NCBI GenBank assembly: GCA_021201825.1
Contig: JAJQED010000001.1
Span: 27,785-91,784, forward strand
Direction: 5' to 3'
Source: Alistipes sp.
GTDB taxonomy: Bacteria > Bacteroidota > Bacteroidia > Bacteroidales > Rikenellaceae
DNA length: 64,000 bases
The translations under genes and the position numbers were made by a program. The notes beneath the pieces are model-generated. The model was not told the DNA's origin. It made no database searches and saw nothing but the letters and a program-made list of their open reading frames with translations. The number at the start of each line of letters is the position of its first letter. The stretch's first letter is position 1. Positions 12,396 to 21,900 of this stretch are shown in pieces.

Positions 12396-13651
12396 ACCTT
12401 AAAAGTTGTTTCAACCAGGATACGTTTGTAAAAATGTGGTCTTCTTTTCAGGTTTTCCATGATTTCTTTGACGGCTTCGGTTTTTGATTGTGTCGTGATG
12501 AAACTGGGACAGTTAACATTATCATCCTTTACATTATCAATATGAAAAATACATACCGGACATAAAAACCCCGCATCACAAACACTGCACTGGCCGATAA
12601 ATTTTCTCAAATACCCGTTGAACAATTCAGCTATCTTCACACTGTCCAGATTTACTCCAGCCGAATCGACATTACCCATTGCGAAAACGTGGTCGATCTT
12701 TTCACAAGGTAGGATTTTGCCGTTAACACTAAGGAACATTTTTTTTGTAAAGGGAGTGCAGGTTACCGTTGGAATTACTCCTGTAACATTCCTATCATAC
12801 ATCAGATCGTTATAATCCCTAAAACCATTACCGGATTCGAAAACAACATATTTCCCCAATTCATAAACTTCGGGAGCTTCCAGGTATATATTTTCGATAA
12901 GTTGGCCGCAATTGTCTGTTTGCCGGATATCGTAGTGTTTGTTCTTATATGTACGGCGAAACTCCTCCCTTTTATCGGCCCTTATCCCACTTGGAGATAA
13001 AGTACCAATGGAAGGGGATTTTCCGAAAGTTCCATAAATATATTTATGGATTGACTCGACACTGTTTTTATTATGCAAAACGGAATTGAACCTCACATGC
13101 CTGTCGAAATATTCCGGATATTTTTCCCGTAACGCAAATATATTCGCCATTACACGGTCGTGAGAGTTATTTCCGGCATGGTCGACCCGGTGGCCGTTGC
13201 TCTCTCTGTCCCCGTCAAGGCTTATTAAAAGGTCGAACTGTTTCTCTACAAGATAGTCCATGGACCGGTCCAGAAGCATGGCATTTGTGGTCATTCCAAA
13301 TCTCAGGACCCGGGGAATATCCAGGTTCTGCATGTAATCGACGATCTCCCGGATGAGTGACAAATTAAGGAGAGGCTCGCCTCCGTAGAAACCAACGGCC
13401 AAGGGTCGTTGAAAAGACCGGTGGCCATTATTTTTCCAAAGACCGGCCAGATGATCGATCAATTTACGGGCAATATCGAAAGAAAGGAATTTACCCTGCC
13501 GCTCATCGTATCCCGTATAAAATTCCGAAAATGAACAATACCGGCAATTTAGGTTACACGCATCGGTTACCTCGAAAACAAGATTTTCCAGATGAAAGAT
13601 ATTATTTTCAATTGTAAATGGGTTTACATTTACCAGGTGTGTTTTGTTCAT
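12392..13651 (-). CDS. radical SAM / SPASM peptide maturase
   Basis: 419 aa. The CX3CX2C motif is TDACNLNCRYCSF. The C-terminal SPASM motif is GKILPCEK...CSVCDAGFLCPVC. It sits immediately downstream of a Cys-rich small ORF. Confidence 0.85.
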   Translation of the reverse strand: MNKTHLVNVNPFTIENNIFHLENLVFEVTDACNLNCRYCSFSEFYTGYDERQGKFLSFDIARKLIDHLAGLWKNNGHRSFQRPLAVGFYGGEPLLNLSLIREIVDYMQNLDIPRVLRFGMTTNAMLLDRSMDYLVEKQFDLLISLDGDRESNGHRVDHAGNNSHDRVMANIFALREKYPEYFDRHVRFNSVLHNKNSVESIHKYIYGTFGKSPSIGTLSPSGIRADKREEFRRTYKNKHYDIRQTDNCGQLIENIYLEAPEVYELGKYVVFESGNGFRDYNDLMYDRNVTGVIPTVTCTPFTKKMFLSVNGKILPCEKIDHVFAMGNVDSAGVNLDSVKIAELFNGYLRKFIGQCSVCDAGFLCPVCIFHIDNVKDDNVNCPSFITTQSKTEAVKEIMENLKRRPHFYKRILVETTFKV

Positions 13652-13675
13652 TTATTAGATTGGTAATAATTTCAC

Positions 13676-13748
13676 TTTATGGACCCGGGGAAGTCCATAA
13701 AATAAATTCGAAGCTTACAAAAGGTTACCGGCAATTGCCGGTAACCTT
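13676..13748 (-). terminator. two hairpins (terminator/attenuator) between the precursor and the maturase
   Basis: A 28-nt perfect palindrome aaggttaccggcaattgccggtaacctt (13721-13748) lies 5 nt after the precursor stop and is followed on the minus strand by TTTTGT. A second 9-bp hairpin pairs 13676-13684 with 13693-13701. Confidence 0.6.
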
Positions 13749-13753
13749 AATTT

Positions 13754-13991
13754 CTAATAACTCCCGCTTGTATTAGTTTGAGTGGAACCGCCGGCATCTG
13801 ATGTCCTTGAACTGAGTTCTCCTTCATCGACACATGCACAGACACATCCGCATTTACAATTACCCAACCTGCCCCGTCCATCTCCGTCACCCCCGCGTCC
13901 GTCCCGGCCTCCGACTATCATGGTTTTTTCCCTGTTGCTCAATTTCCTCTTTCGAAAGTTGAGCAAGGCTTAATTTCTGGATCTTTTTCAT
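13754..13991 (-). CDS. RiPP precursor peptide (GG leader plus Cys-rich core), apparently frameshifted at an A6 run
   Basis: ATG at 13991 gives MKKIQKLSLAQLSKEEIEQQGKNHDSRRPGRTRG*. The +1 frame continues (K)TMIVGGRDGRGGDGDGRGRLGNCKCGCVCACVDEGELSSRTSDAGGSTQTNTSGSY* to 13754. The two frames join at the A6 run (plus-strand T6 at 13924-13929). Confidence 0.6.
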
Positions 13992-14222
13992 TAGTTTGGA
14001 TTTAATAGTTAGTATTAATCGACCGCTTAATAAAGGGCGGTATCTGGTAAGTGTCTGGTTTAAATATTAGTAGTCCTTGCAATTTAGGGATACAGCTGTG
14101 CTATTGGATTTGTTTTGAGATGATACAGGAAATCGGATTAAGTTTGGGTTGTTATGGGTCGGGAATAAAAATATAAAACTTTATTCAAAAAACAAACATT
14201 GTGTCGGGTTTACTAAAGTAAT

Positions 14223-14822
14223 CTAAAGATTTTTATACAGGATGCCGTCGTCGAAATAAAGGCGGCGAAGCATTGCGCATGTTTCCGGGTCGACATTTTT
14301 ATCAGCAGCTATTCGGACCTGGCTGTCTTTCATCCCGAAAAGGTTCATTATAAATTGCCAGTCTGCAAGTGATTCATACTTCAGTATAATTGTAGAATTG
14401 TCGAAATAGCAGCTTTGCGGCAGGAACCACGGACGGGAATAATTCCTAAGGAATGAGTCCTGCACCCGGTAATTCTGGGCAAGAAGAAATTTACATATTT
14501 TGTTGGGGTCGTGGTCAAGGGAGGAAAAAACCTTATTCAGTTCCCCGTCCAAGCCGGCCCCCGTCTTTATTGCCGAAACGAACCTGTTATATGGATTGCG
14601 CACGAAAGTTATGAACTTATAATCCTTATAATCCGGAAAAAACCGTGGTATGGCCTTAATATGTATATGCGAGGTGTCCAGATTTGTTTCGGGGTTAGGC
14701 AATGACCAGTATAACGAAAAAGAGTAATTCGGGTGGTGCCGCTCGTATTCTTTTTGCAGAAAGGTGCCTCCGCATTTCGGATTATGCAGGTATATTGTTT
14801 TGGTCAGTTCGTGAACGATCAT
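14223..14822 (-). CDS. sulfotransferase (family-2-like, PAPS-dependent)
   Basis: 199 aa. The 5'-PSB loop is LHNPKCGGTF and the 3'-PB-like motif is FVRNPYNRFVSAI. Confidence 0.7.
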   Translation of the reverse strand: MIVHELTKTIYLHNPKCGGTFLQKEYERHHPNYSFSLYWSLPNPETNLDTSHIHIKAIPRFFPDYKDYKFITFVRNPYNRFVSAIKTGAGLDGELNKVFSSLDHDPNKICKFLLAQNYRVQDSFLRNYSRPWFLPQSCYFDNSTIILKYESLADWQFIMNLFGMKDSQVRIAADKNVDPETCAMLRRLYFDDGILYKNL

Positions 14823-14865
14823 GACAGGTTCGTTTTAAGCTTTTATTAATTACGGTATTAAAAAA

Positions 14866-15405
14866 CTACCGGGTATATATCGGAATGAAATATTTATCCT
14901 CCGTGACAAGGTAGATAAACTCCGGGGTACTGAAGAAACAGTGACCCTCTCCGGCGGTTGCGACCAAATTCTCGAACTGTGCTATCTCTTCACGGGAATG
15001 CTTGTCACATAGCCGGGCCAGAATACCCGTATGGCGGAAATAATTGTCGGAATAAAGCTCGTACAGAAATGAAATAAGGTATATCCGGTTCAGCGGCAGC
15101 ATCTGTTCGTATATCTCTTCGACAATGGAAAGGAATAACCCGAGGAACCGTTCCGTACGGAATTTGTTTAAATCGCACCGGTACATCTGGACAAGTATGT
15201 GGATAGCGGTAAATAGTTCGTTATCCGGAAAGAAAACCGTTGAGAGAGGCCGCATCTGTTCCGAAGATAGCTTTACTCCGGTACCGCCGGACAAAGCGTG
15301 GAACATATCCAGGTTGAGCAACAGGCTATGTTCCAGCCTTTTCTTTATGAGACTGTCCTCGGTGTAGGGTTTGGACCGATAACGTCGAATAAGGTACGTA
15401 CCCAA
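14866..15405 (-). CDS. hypothetical protein, possibly the C-terminal part of a frameshifted gene
   Basis: 179-aa ORF with a TTG start. It overlaps the upstream ORF by 61 nt in another frame. No motif recognised. Confidence 0.4.
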   Translation of the reverse strand: MGTYLIRRYRSKPYTEDSLIKKRLEHSLLLNLDMFHALSGGTGVKLSSEQMRPLSTVFFPDNELFTAIHILVQMYRCDLNKFRTERFLGLFLSIVEEIYEQMLPLNRIYLISFLYELYSDNYFRHTGILARLCDKHSREEIAQFENLVATAGEGHCFFSTPEFIYLVTEDKYFIPIYTR

Positions 15406-15779
15406 GACGACAAAATATTTATACCGTATGTATTATAGGTTAAAACTTCCCGAACCGTATTATCGAAATCCTCAAGAATAAAGTCAATGTCTCCGTCGAT
15501 AAATCGCTGTTCCCAGAGATATTGCAAACCCCAACCGATTCCTGGAATCCCGGTAGAGAACGGCAAGGAAAATTTTTTGAATTGAAAGCCGATAATGTCC
15601 TCTAAAAGTTCTCCGGCCTGTTCTTCCAGTTGTGAGGAGTTTGTTTGCCGGGACAGGCAGTATAGCACAAGGGCACTTCCTGTCAGGCCGTCTTTCAATC
15701 CCGGGTTAATATCGGGTTTTTTCGACCTGATAGCTGCGGCCCGCTCGAGCAGGATGTCCGTGGGTGTTTGTTTTATCAT
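15345..15779 (-). CDS. hypothetical protein with weak LanC-like Gly-rich helix-repeat signatures
   Basis: 144 aa. GLKDGLTGSALVLYCL and TGIPGIGWGLQYLW are reminiscent of alpha-toroid LanC repeats. The similarity is not verifiable here. Confidence 0.4.
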   Translation of the reverse strand: MIKQTPTDILLERAAAIRSKKPDINPGLKDGLTGSALVLYCLSRQTNSSQLEEQAGELLEDIIGFQFKKFSLPFSTGIPGIGWGLQYLWEQRFIDGDIDFILEDFDNTVREVLTYNTYGINILSSWVRTLFDVIGPNPTPRTVS

Positions 15780-15830
15780 CGTTTATATTTCATGGGTTAA
15801 GCAGTGCATTAAAGTAAGGAGATCGGGGAC

Positions 15831-18800
15831 CTAATTCAAAGGCTTATTTTTTCTTTCCATCGGCAGGAATACGGGGAGGAATATAACGAGCGATACCAGC
15901 GAGAAGAGCATCCCGCTGATCCCGCCCATCGCGAACGAGTACCAGAAGACGTCCGACGGTCCGTAATAGATAAACGGCAGCAGTCCCACAACGGTAGAGG
16001 TGACTGTCAGCAAAATTGGTATGATCTTCCGGTTATAGGAGGTCAAAAAGATGCGCAGTCCCGAGATATTTTTACCCGTGCGTTCGATTATGCTGTACTC
16101 GTTTACGATGTAAATTCCGGCGTTGACCACCAGTCCGCACAGCAGTATAAAAGACGCGAATCCGCCCTGGTCGAACGGTATGCCGGCCATTCCGAACGTT
16201 AAGAACGCTCCGATAAATGATACGGGGATCATCAAAAGTATCACGAGCGGTTTGCGGAGGGACTCGAAAATAATGGCGCAGAGGAAATAGAAAATAAATA
16301 CCAGGATCCAGGCGGGAGTCGCGGCCTCGCTCAAATCCCATTCGAAATCGGTACTTTCCGCACGGTAACCGATAGGGAGGGTTTCCGTGTTCAATCTCTC
16401 GAGGGTCCGGCGCATAAGTCTTCTTCCCAGCTCGCCGTCCCCTATAAAGTCGAAACCGACAAATAGCTGGTAGGACTGGTTGAGCTTGTGAATATCGATG
16501 CCCGTGTTACGCTTATCGATATCGGCGAAAGAAGAGAGCTTCACTTCCATGGAATCAACCGGGAGCGGGTTGTTTTTAATGTTCCACAGGTCGAATTCCT
16601 CCCTGAGGGACGACGCCAGGATTACTTTTTCCTGCCTGCCGTCTATGAATACCGGGGATAGTTCCGTGGAAAAAAGCAACTGGCGCAGGTAGCTGAAATA
16701 GCCATTCAGGTCAATACCTTTTTCGACCGCTACCGTTTTATCGATCCCGATAAAATATTCCTGTTCCGGGACTGCCCACTCCATTTGGCCGTATATCTGC
16801 GGTTCGAATACGCGCATATTGCCCGAGAGACTGTCGGCCAAATCTTCGGCATATTTCATGAGCAGGTCGAAATTGGGCCCCGTGAGCTTTATTCTCCTGG
16901 ATTTGAGCCCGCTGAAAACCGAGTTGTTGAACCTTTGGTCATCTATCCCGGTTACGCTCCAGGTGGCTCCCCCGTTCATGATGGCCATGCCGATGACTTC
17001 GCCCTTGATCCGGGACGGCAGTTCCGTATTGTCGTACTCGTCCTTGAAAGTGACCTGGATGGATGCGTTCTTATGGGACAGGACACTGGTCCGGAACATA
17101 TCGATCTCGTCGTACCCGGCCAGGAAATTCTCCATGTTCCGGACCAGTTCGTCGAGTTGGTGGACGGTACATCCCTCCGGCATACCTGCCCGGATGGAGA
17201 GGGTCGGTTTCCCCGGCTCGCGGTAGATGCCCGACTTGGCAACCGTAGTGTGGAAGACCCTGAAAGAACCTCCCAGGATCTTCTCGAAAGTTTCTTTTTT
17301 GGATTGGTAGAACGGGGAGCCGACTGTCTTGTTATAGAATTGCACCCACTTCTTTTCCTGCCCCGACGAGATCCGGTTTGGCAGCATGTGGATGGGGATT
17401 CCGAACGCAAGTATCAATATTACCACGTAAAGCCATCGCCGCTTCCTGCTCCATGAAATAAATCCGGCATATGCCCGGTTGAACCTGACGATACGCCTTT
17501 TTGTCCCGGGCTTTATATTTACCATCCCCACCGCTGCCGGCAATTTATCCAACAGAGAGGGAATGAAGAGCAATGAAATAAAAAGGGAAACGACCAGGTT
17601 GACTATTATTACGACCGCGAAATCCAGCAGGTTTTCTTTTTGCTCTTCCGGCAGCAGGAATATAACGCAAAGGGCAGCTATGGTGCTCATCAGTGCACCC
17701 AGGATCGCCGGGAATACCCTCTTGTCGCGATAATAAGCGTAATGGTCCGTCATTATGATGGAGGTGTCTATTATCAGCCCGAGCGAAACGGTGATCCCGG
17801 CCAGGGTATATATATGTATAGGCAGGTCGAGGAGTTTATAAAAAATGAAAGCGACAAGTATATTGGCCACAAGGGTCAGGAAAATTATCAGCAGGTAGCG
17901 CAGGTTGCGGTTGGCCGCAAAAACAACGGCAAGCAAAATCAGGAGGGTGGCGATCGTCCTCAGCCCGATCCTTGATAGTTCTTCGGTAACGTACTCCGAC
18001 GAATCGTATGTCAGCATAAGGGAGGTCTCGGCCGGGAACACTTCCCGCAGTTGGTCCATCTGCCGGCGTACCTCCGCTGCCACTTTAATCAGGTTGCTTT
18101 GCCTCCCGGCAAAAATATTAAGGTTTACGGCATTGAGCCCGTTAATGCGGTAATAGGAATCCGGTAGGGTTTCGCGGTAATCGATCGTGGCTATATCCCT
18201 GAGGTGGATTATCCTGCCGCCGACCAGTTTGATGGGTATCTCCCCGAAATCCCCGCGAAGATCTGCGGATAATTTCACGGGCACCGTCAAATCTTCACCC
18301 TCAGTATAAACATTCCCGGCGGTTCCCTCCCGGGAGATGTCATTGAAAGCGGTGGCTATCTCTTCTGCCGTGATGCCGTAAACGCGGGTCTTTTCGGGAT
18401 CGAAGCTGATTATGTATTCATAAGGTGTTATGCCGTAAGTCTGTATATCGTTTATACCGTTGATCATGGACAGGGCCGGGATCACGTGTTTTTCAATATA
18501 CTCCCCGACCTCCCGGGAGGGAAGCCGCGAGTTTATGGTATACGACATTATCGGACTCTCTTCCAATCCGGCGACTCCGAGCGAAAGGGCGGGGTATGAA
18601 ACCCCGTCGGGCAGTGACGGGTAAACGGAACGTATCTGTGAGGAGACCTCGAAACGGGCCACGTCCATCTTCGTCCCTTTCTTGAATTCCACCCGGATCT
18701 CCCCGGAGCCTTTACGGGAAACAGACGAGATTTCACTTATGCCGCCTACCCGGGACAGCACCCCCTCGAGCTTCGAGGTCACTTCCTGTTCGATAAGCCT

Positions 18801-18965
18801 CGAAGAGACGTCAGGCCAGTTGTAGGTGACATTTATGGTATTGGAACTTTTATCCGGGGTATACTGTATATTGAACAGGGGGATCATAGCTGCGCCAATT
18901 ATCATCAGCACCACCATGACCAGTATTACCGAAAACGACGACATCCCGTGCCGCGGATTTTCCAT
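15831..18965 (-). CDS. RND efflux permease (AcrB/HAE family)
   Basis: 1044 aa with a 12-TM layout and two large periplasmic loops, paralogous to the adjacent permease. Confidence 0.9.
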   Translation of the reverse strand: MENPRHGMSSFSVILVMVVLMIIGAAMIPLFNIQYTPDKSSNTINVTYNWPDVSSRLIEQEVTSKLEGVLSRVGGISEISSVSRKGSGEIRVEFKKGTKMDVARFEVSSQIRSVYPSLPDGVSYPALSLGVAGLEESPIMSYTINSRLPSREVGEYIEKHVIPALSMINGINDIQTYGITPYEYIISFDPEKTRVYGITAEEIATAFNDISREGTAGNVYTEGEDLTVPVKLSADLRGDFGEIPIKLVGGRIIHLRDIATIDYRETLPDSYYRINGLNAVNLNIFAGRQSNLIKVAAEVRRQMDQLREVFPAETSLMLTYDSSEYVTEELSRIGLRTIATLLILLAVVFAANRNLRYLLIIFLTLVANILVAFIFYKLLDLPIHIYTLAGITVSLGLIIDTSIIMTDHYAYYRDKRVFPAILGALMSTIAALCVIFLLPEEQKENLLDFAVVIIVNLVVSLFISLLFIPSLLDKLPAAVGMVNIKPGTKRRIVRFNRAYAGFISWSRKRRWLYVVILILAFGIPIHMLPNRISSGQEKKWVQFYNKTVGSPFYQSKKETFEKILGGSFRVFHTTVAKSGIYREPGKPTLSIRAGMPEGCTVHQLDELVRNMENFLAGYDEIDMFRTSVLSHKNASIQVTFKDEYDNTELPSRIKGEVIGMAIMNGGATWSVTGIDDQRFNNSVFSGLKSRRIKLTGPNFDLLMKYAEDLADSLSGNMRVFEPQIYGQMEWAVPEQEYFIGIDKTVAVEKGIDLNGYFSYLRQLLFSTELSPVFIDGRQEKVILASSLREEFDLWNIKNNPLPVDSMEVKLSSFADIDKRNTGIDIHKLNQSYQLFVGFDFIGDGELGRRLMRRTLERLNTETLPIGYRAESTDFEWDLSEAATPAWILVFIFYFLCAIIFESLRKPLVILLMIPVSFIGAFLTFGMAGIPFDQGGFASFILLCGLVVNAGIYIVNEYSIIERTGKNISGLRIFLTSYNRKIIPILLTVTSTVVGLLPFIYYGPSDVFWYSFAMGGISGMLFSLVSLVIFLPVFLPMERKNKPLN

Positions 18966-18968
18966 ACC

Positions 18969-21900
18969 CTACCTGTTCTTGTGAATTATATAATAAAATA
19001 TCGGTACGAAGAATATGCTGACAAATGTCCCGACTGCCATACCCGTAATGACCGCAACCGAGAGGGGATACTGCAGGTCGGAACCCATTTCCCCCCTTGC
19101 CAGGAAGGGGGTGATGGCAAGGATGGTGGTCAGCGAGGTCATGATTATCGGTTTCAACCTGCGCTGGCCGGCCTCCATGATAGCCCTTTTCAGCGATCTG
19201 CCGCTTCGGCGCAGTTTATTGATGGTGTCCACCTTGAGTATGGAGTCGTTTATCACGATCCCGCATGTTACCACTATACCGATAATGGACATAATATTTA
19301 ACGACAGCCCCAGTATCCACAACACCAGCAGTATCCCGAAGATGTCGATCACCATCTCGGACAGTATGATAAAGGGTTGCACGACGGATTCGAACTGCGC
19401 CGCAAGGATGAAATAGAGCAGCAGTACAGCTACCCCGAGCACCATGATAAGCTCCCACATTATCACGCGGTTGCTGAAATATCCTCCGCTGAAGCTAACT
19501 TCGAAATCGTCGTTGTGTGATATCGCCTCCCGTATCCGTTCCATTACCCCGGGAACATCCCGTTCGGGTATGTCCAACTCCAACGGATAGAAATTTCCTT
19601 CGGGTCCCGCCGTTATGTATTTAAGGTCCTGTCCGCGTGTTTGCCGCATGAATATGGATACCGGCAGGTAGGTGCCGTTCTTGCGGATGGTCGCTCCCCC
19701 GACTATCTCCGCCAGCCCGCTTTTGTTGTCCCCGACGATGACCGGGAGGTAAAAGCGTCCCTGGATTATGGTAAACAACTGGTTCTCGTTGAGGGAATTT
19801 CGCAGGACGTTCAACAATTCGCCGTAAGTTACTCCATACAGGGACATGATCTCGGGGCGGGTTACGTAGAGTATGTGTTCCTGCCATGACGGCATGTCGA
19901 TTTGCACTTCGGGCAGGTGTTCCGACAGGGAGACTATTGCGCCGTTCAGTTGGTTCGGATCCGGTGCCTTGCCGGAAGTGGGGCGCAGGCGGGCTACAAG
20001 CGGGGCCTCGTTGCTGCCGAAAACCATGTCGAATATATTGCCGGAAAGCTCGAACCCGTAGGAGGCCAGCGGATAACGGGCGTCCAGATATTCCGATACT
20101 GCCGCTTCGATGTCGCCGATGGTATAGCCGTCTTGCTCTTTAACGTAGACCACCGCCTCCGATGTGCCCATCCGCCGGGTATGGTCCAGCATGAATTGCT
20201 GTATACCCGCCATGGTCGTGGTTTGCGAAGTCATGTCGTCGATCTGCCCCATGAGCAGCCCCAGCCGCCGGTCGTTCTCTTCCACCGTGATGCGTTCGTT
20301 CCAGTCTATATTGACCAGCATGTCCCGGTATGTTATTTCGGGTAGACGGTCTTTCCCGATCTGGGAAAAAAGCAAAATGCTCCCCGCCACCGATACCGGG
20401 AAATAGAGCCACATGATCCAACGACGCCGGAAGAAAAATTTAAGGGTCCGGTCGTAGGAGGGGATCAATCTGTCGAACGATATTTTTTGCAGGAAGCGGT
20501 TACCCGATATCCCGTCCTGTCTGCGGAACATTAGGAAATAGTAGACCGGGATCACGGTAACGGTCACCCCGAGCGAACAAAACAGTGTGATGGCGACCGA
20601 AAGGGCCTGGTCGTAAAACAGCATCCCGGCAATGCCGCTAAGGAAAATCAGGGGTAAAAATACGGCACAGGTCGTAAGTACCGAACTGAGCATCGGGAAG
20701 AATACCTCGCCGGTCCCTTTCACAACTGCCTGTCGCAGGCTGTATCCGTTGCTCCAACGGTAGGTGATATTGTCGATCACTATTATGGAGTTGTCGACCA
20801 TCATGCCCACACCCAGGATCAACCCCGACAACGACACTATGTTGATCGATATTCCGAACAGGTAAAAGAATAGCATCGAGCAGATCAATGCTACGGGCAT
20901 CGTCAACACGATCAATAGCGCTGAACGCAGGTTCTGCATGAACAGCAGGATAATGAGGCTCGCCAGTATGACGCCGAATATTATGTTGCGCGTCAGGTTG
21001 TTGATCGAATAATCCAGCAGTTCCGTCTGGTCGCGGGTGAGGGTGAACTCTATGTCGGGGTAATCCTCCGAGAAGCTTTCCATCAGCCGGAAAATATTCT
21101 TTTTAAGGCGGGCCATCTTTGCCTCCGACTGTTTGATCACGGCCAGTGATACGGCCATCTTACCGTCGGAAGTGACGATATTGCTTCGCCGCCGGGGATG
21201 CTCGATAACCGTTGCCAGTTCCCCGATCCGGTAGATACGTCCCGAGACATTAATATAGGCCTGCTCGATATCCTCTTTCCCGGTCGCCGCGCTTTCCACC
21301 TTGACGTTATACTGGTATTCCCCGTCCCGTATCGTAAGGTTGCCCATCCCGAAGTTGACCGCGCTCACCGCATTCTCGAACTCCCCGATCGAGAGGTCTA
21401 TCTCATGGAGTTTGTTCCGGTCCGGGATTATCAGTATCTCGGGAACCACATACCCGGAAAGGTCGACCATGGCCACTTCCGGCAGCTGTTCTATCCGCTT
21501 GACGATAACATGGGAAGCGAAACTGCTTAGCTGTGAGAAACGCTCGGAGACGGGAAAGATCCCTTCGCCAGCTGCCGGCGCCGTATCGTTCCTTACCGAG
21601 AGGTTGATATAAAACGCCGGAATGTCTGTCGCCCCGGCCTTGAGTACCGTCGGCCGGAGCATGTCGCGCGGCAGGGAATTCATCGAACGGTCGATCTTTT
21701 CGTTCACCTCGACGAACAGGTAGTCCGAGTTGACCCCGTGGTCAAAAGAGAGGGTGATGGTCCCGCTGCCGTCTTTGGTCTCGGACCGGATATCCCTGAG
21801 TCCCGATAGCTGCAATAGCTGCTGGCGCAACTGTGCCATGACCGACTCATCCAATTCGCGGGCGGAGTGCGACGGATAGGATACCTGAACGCTGATATAC

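Noticed and set aside
13782-13973. 63-aa plus-strand ORF (Pro/Ser-rich)
   Set aside because: It is antisense to the Cys-rich precursor core. The minus-strand reading has a leader, a GG motif and a terminator context.
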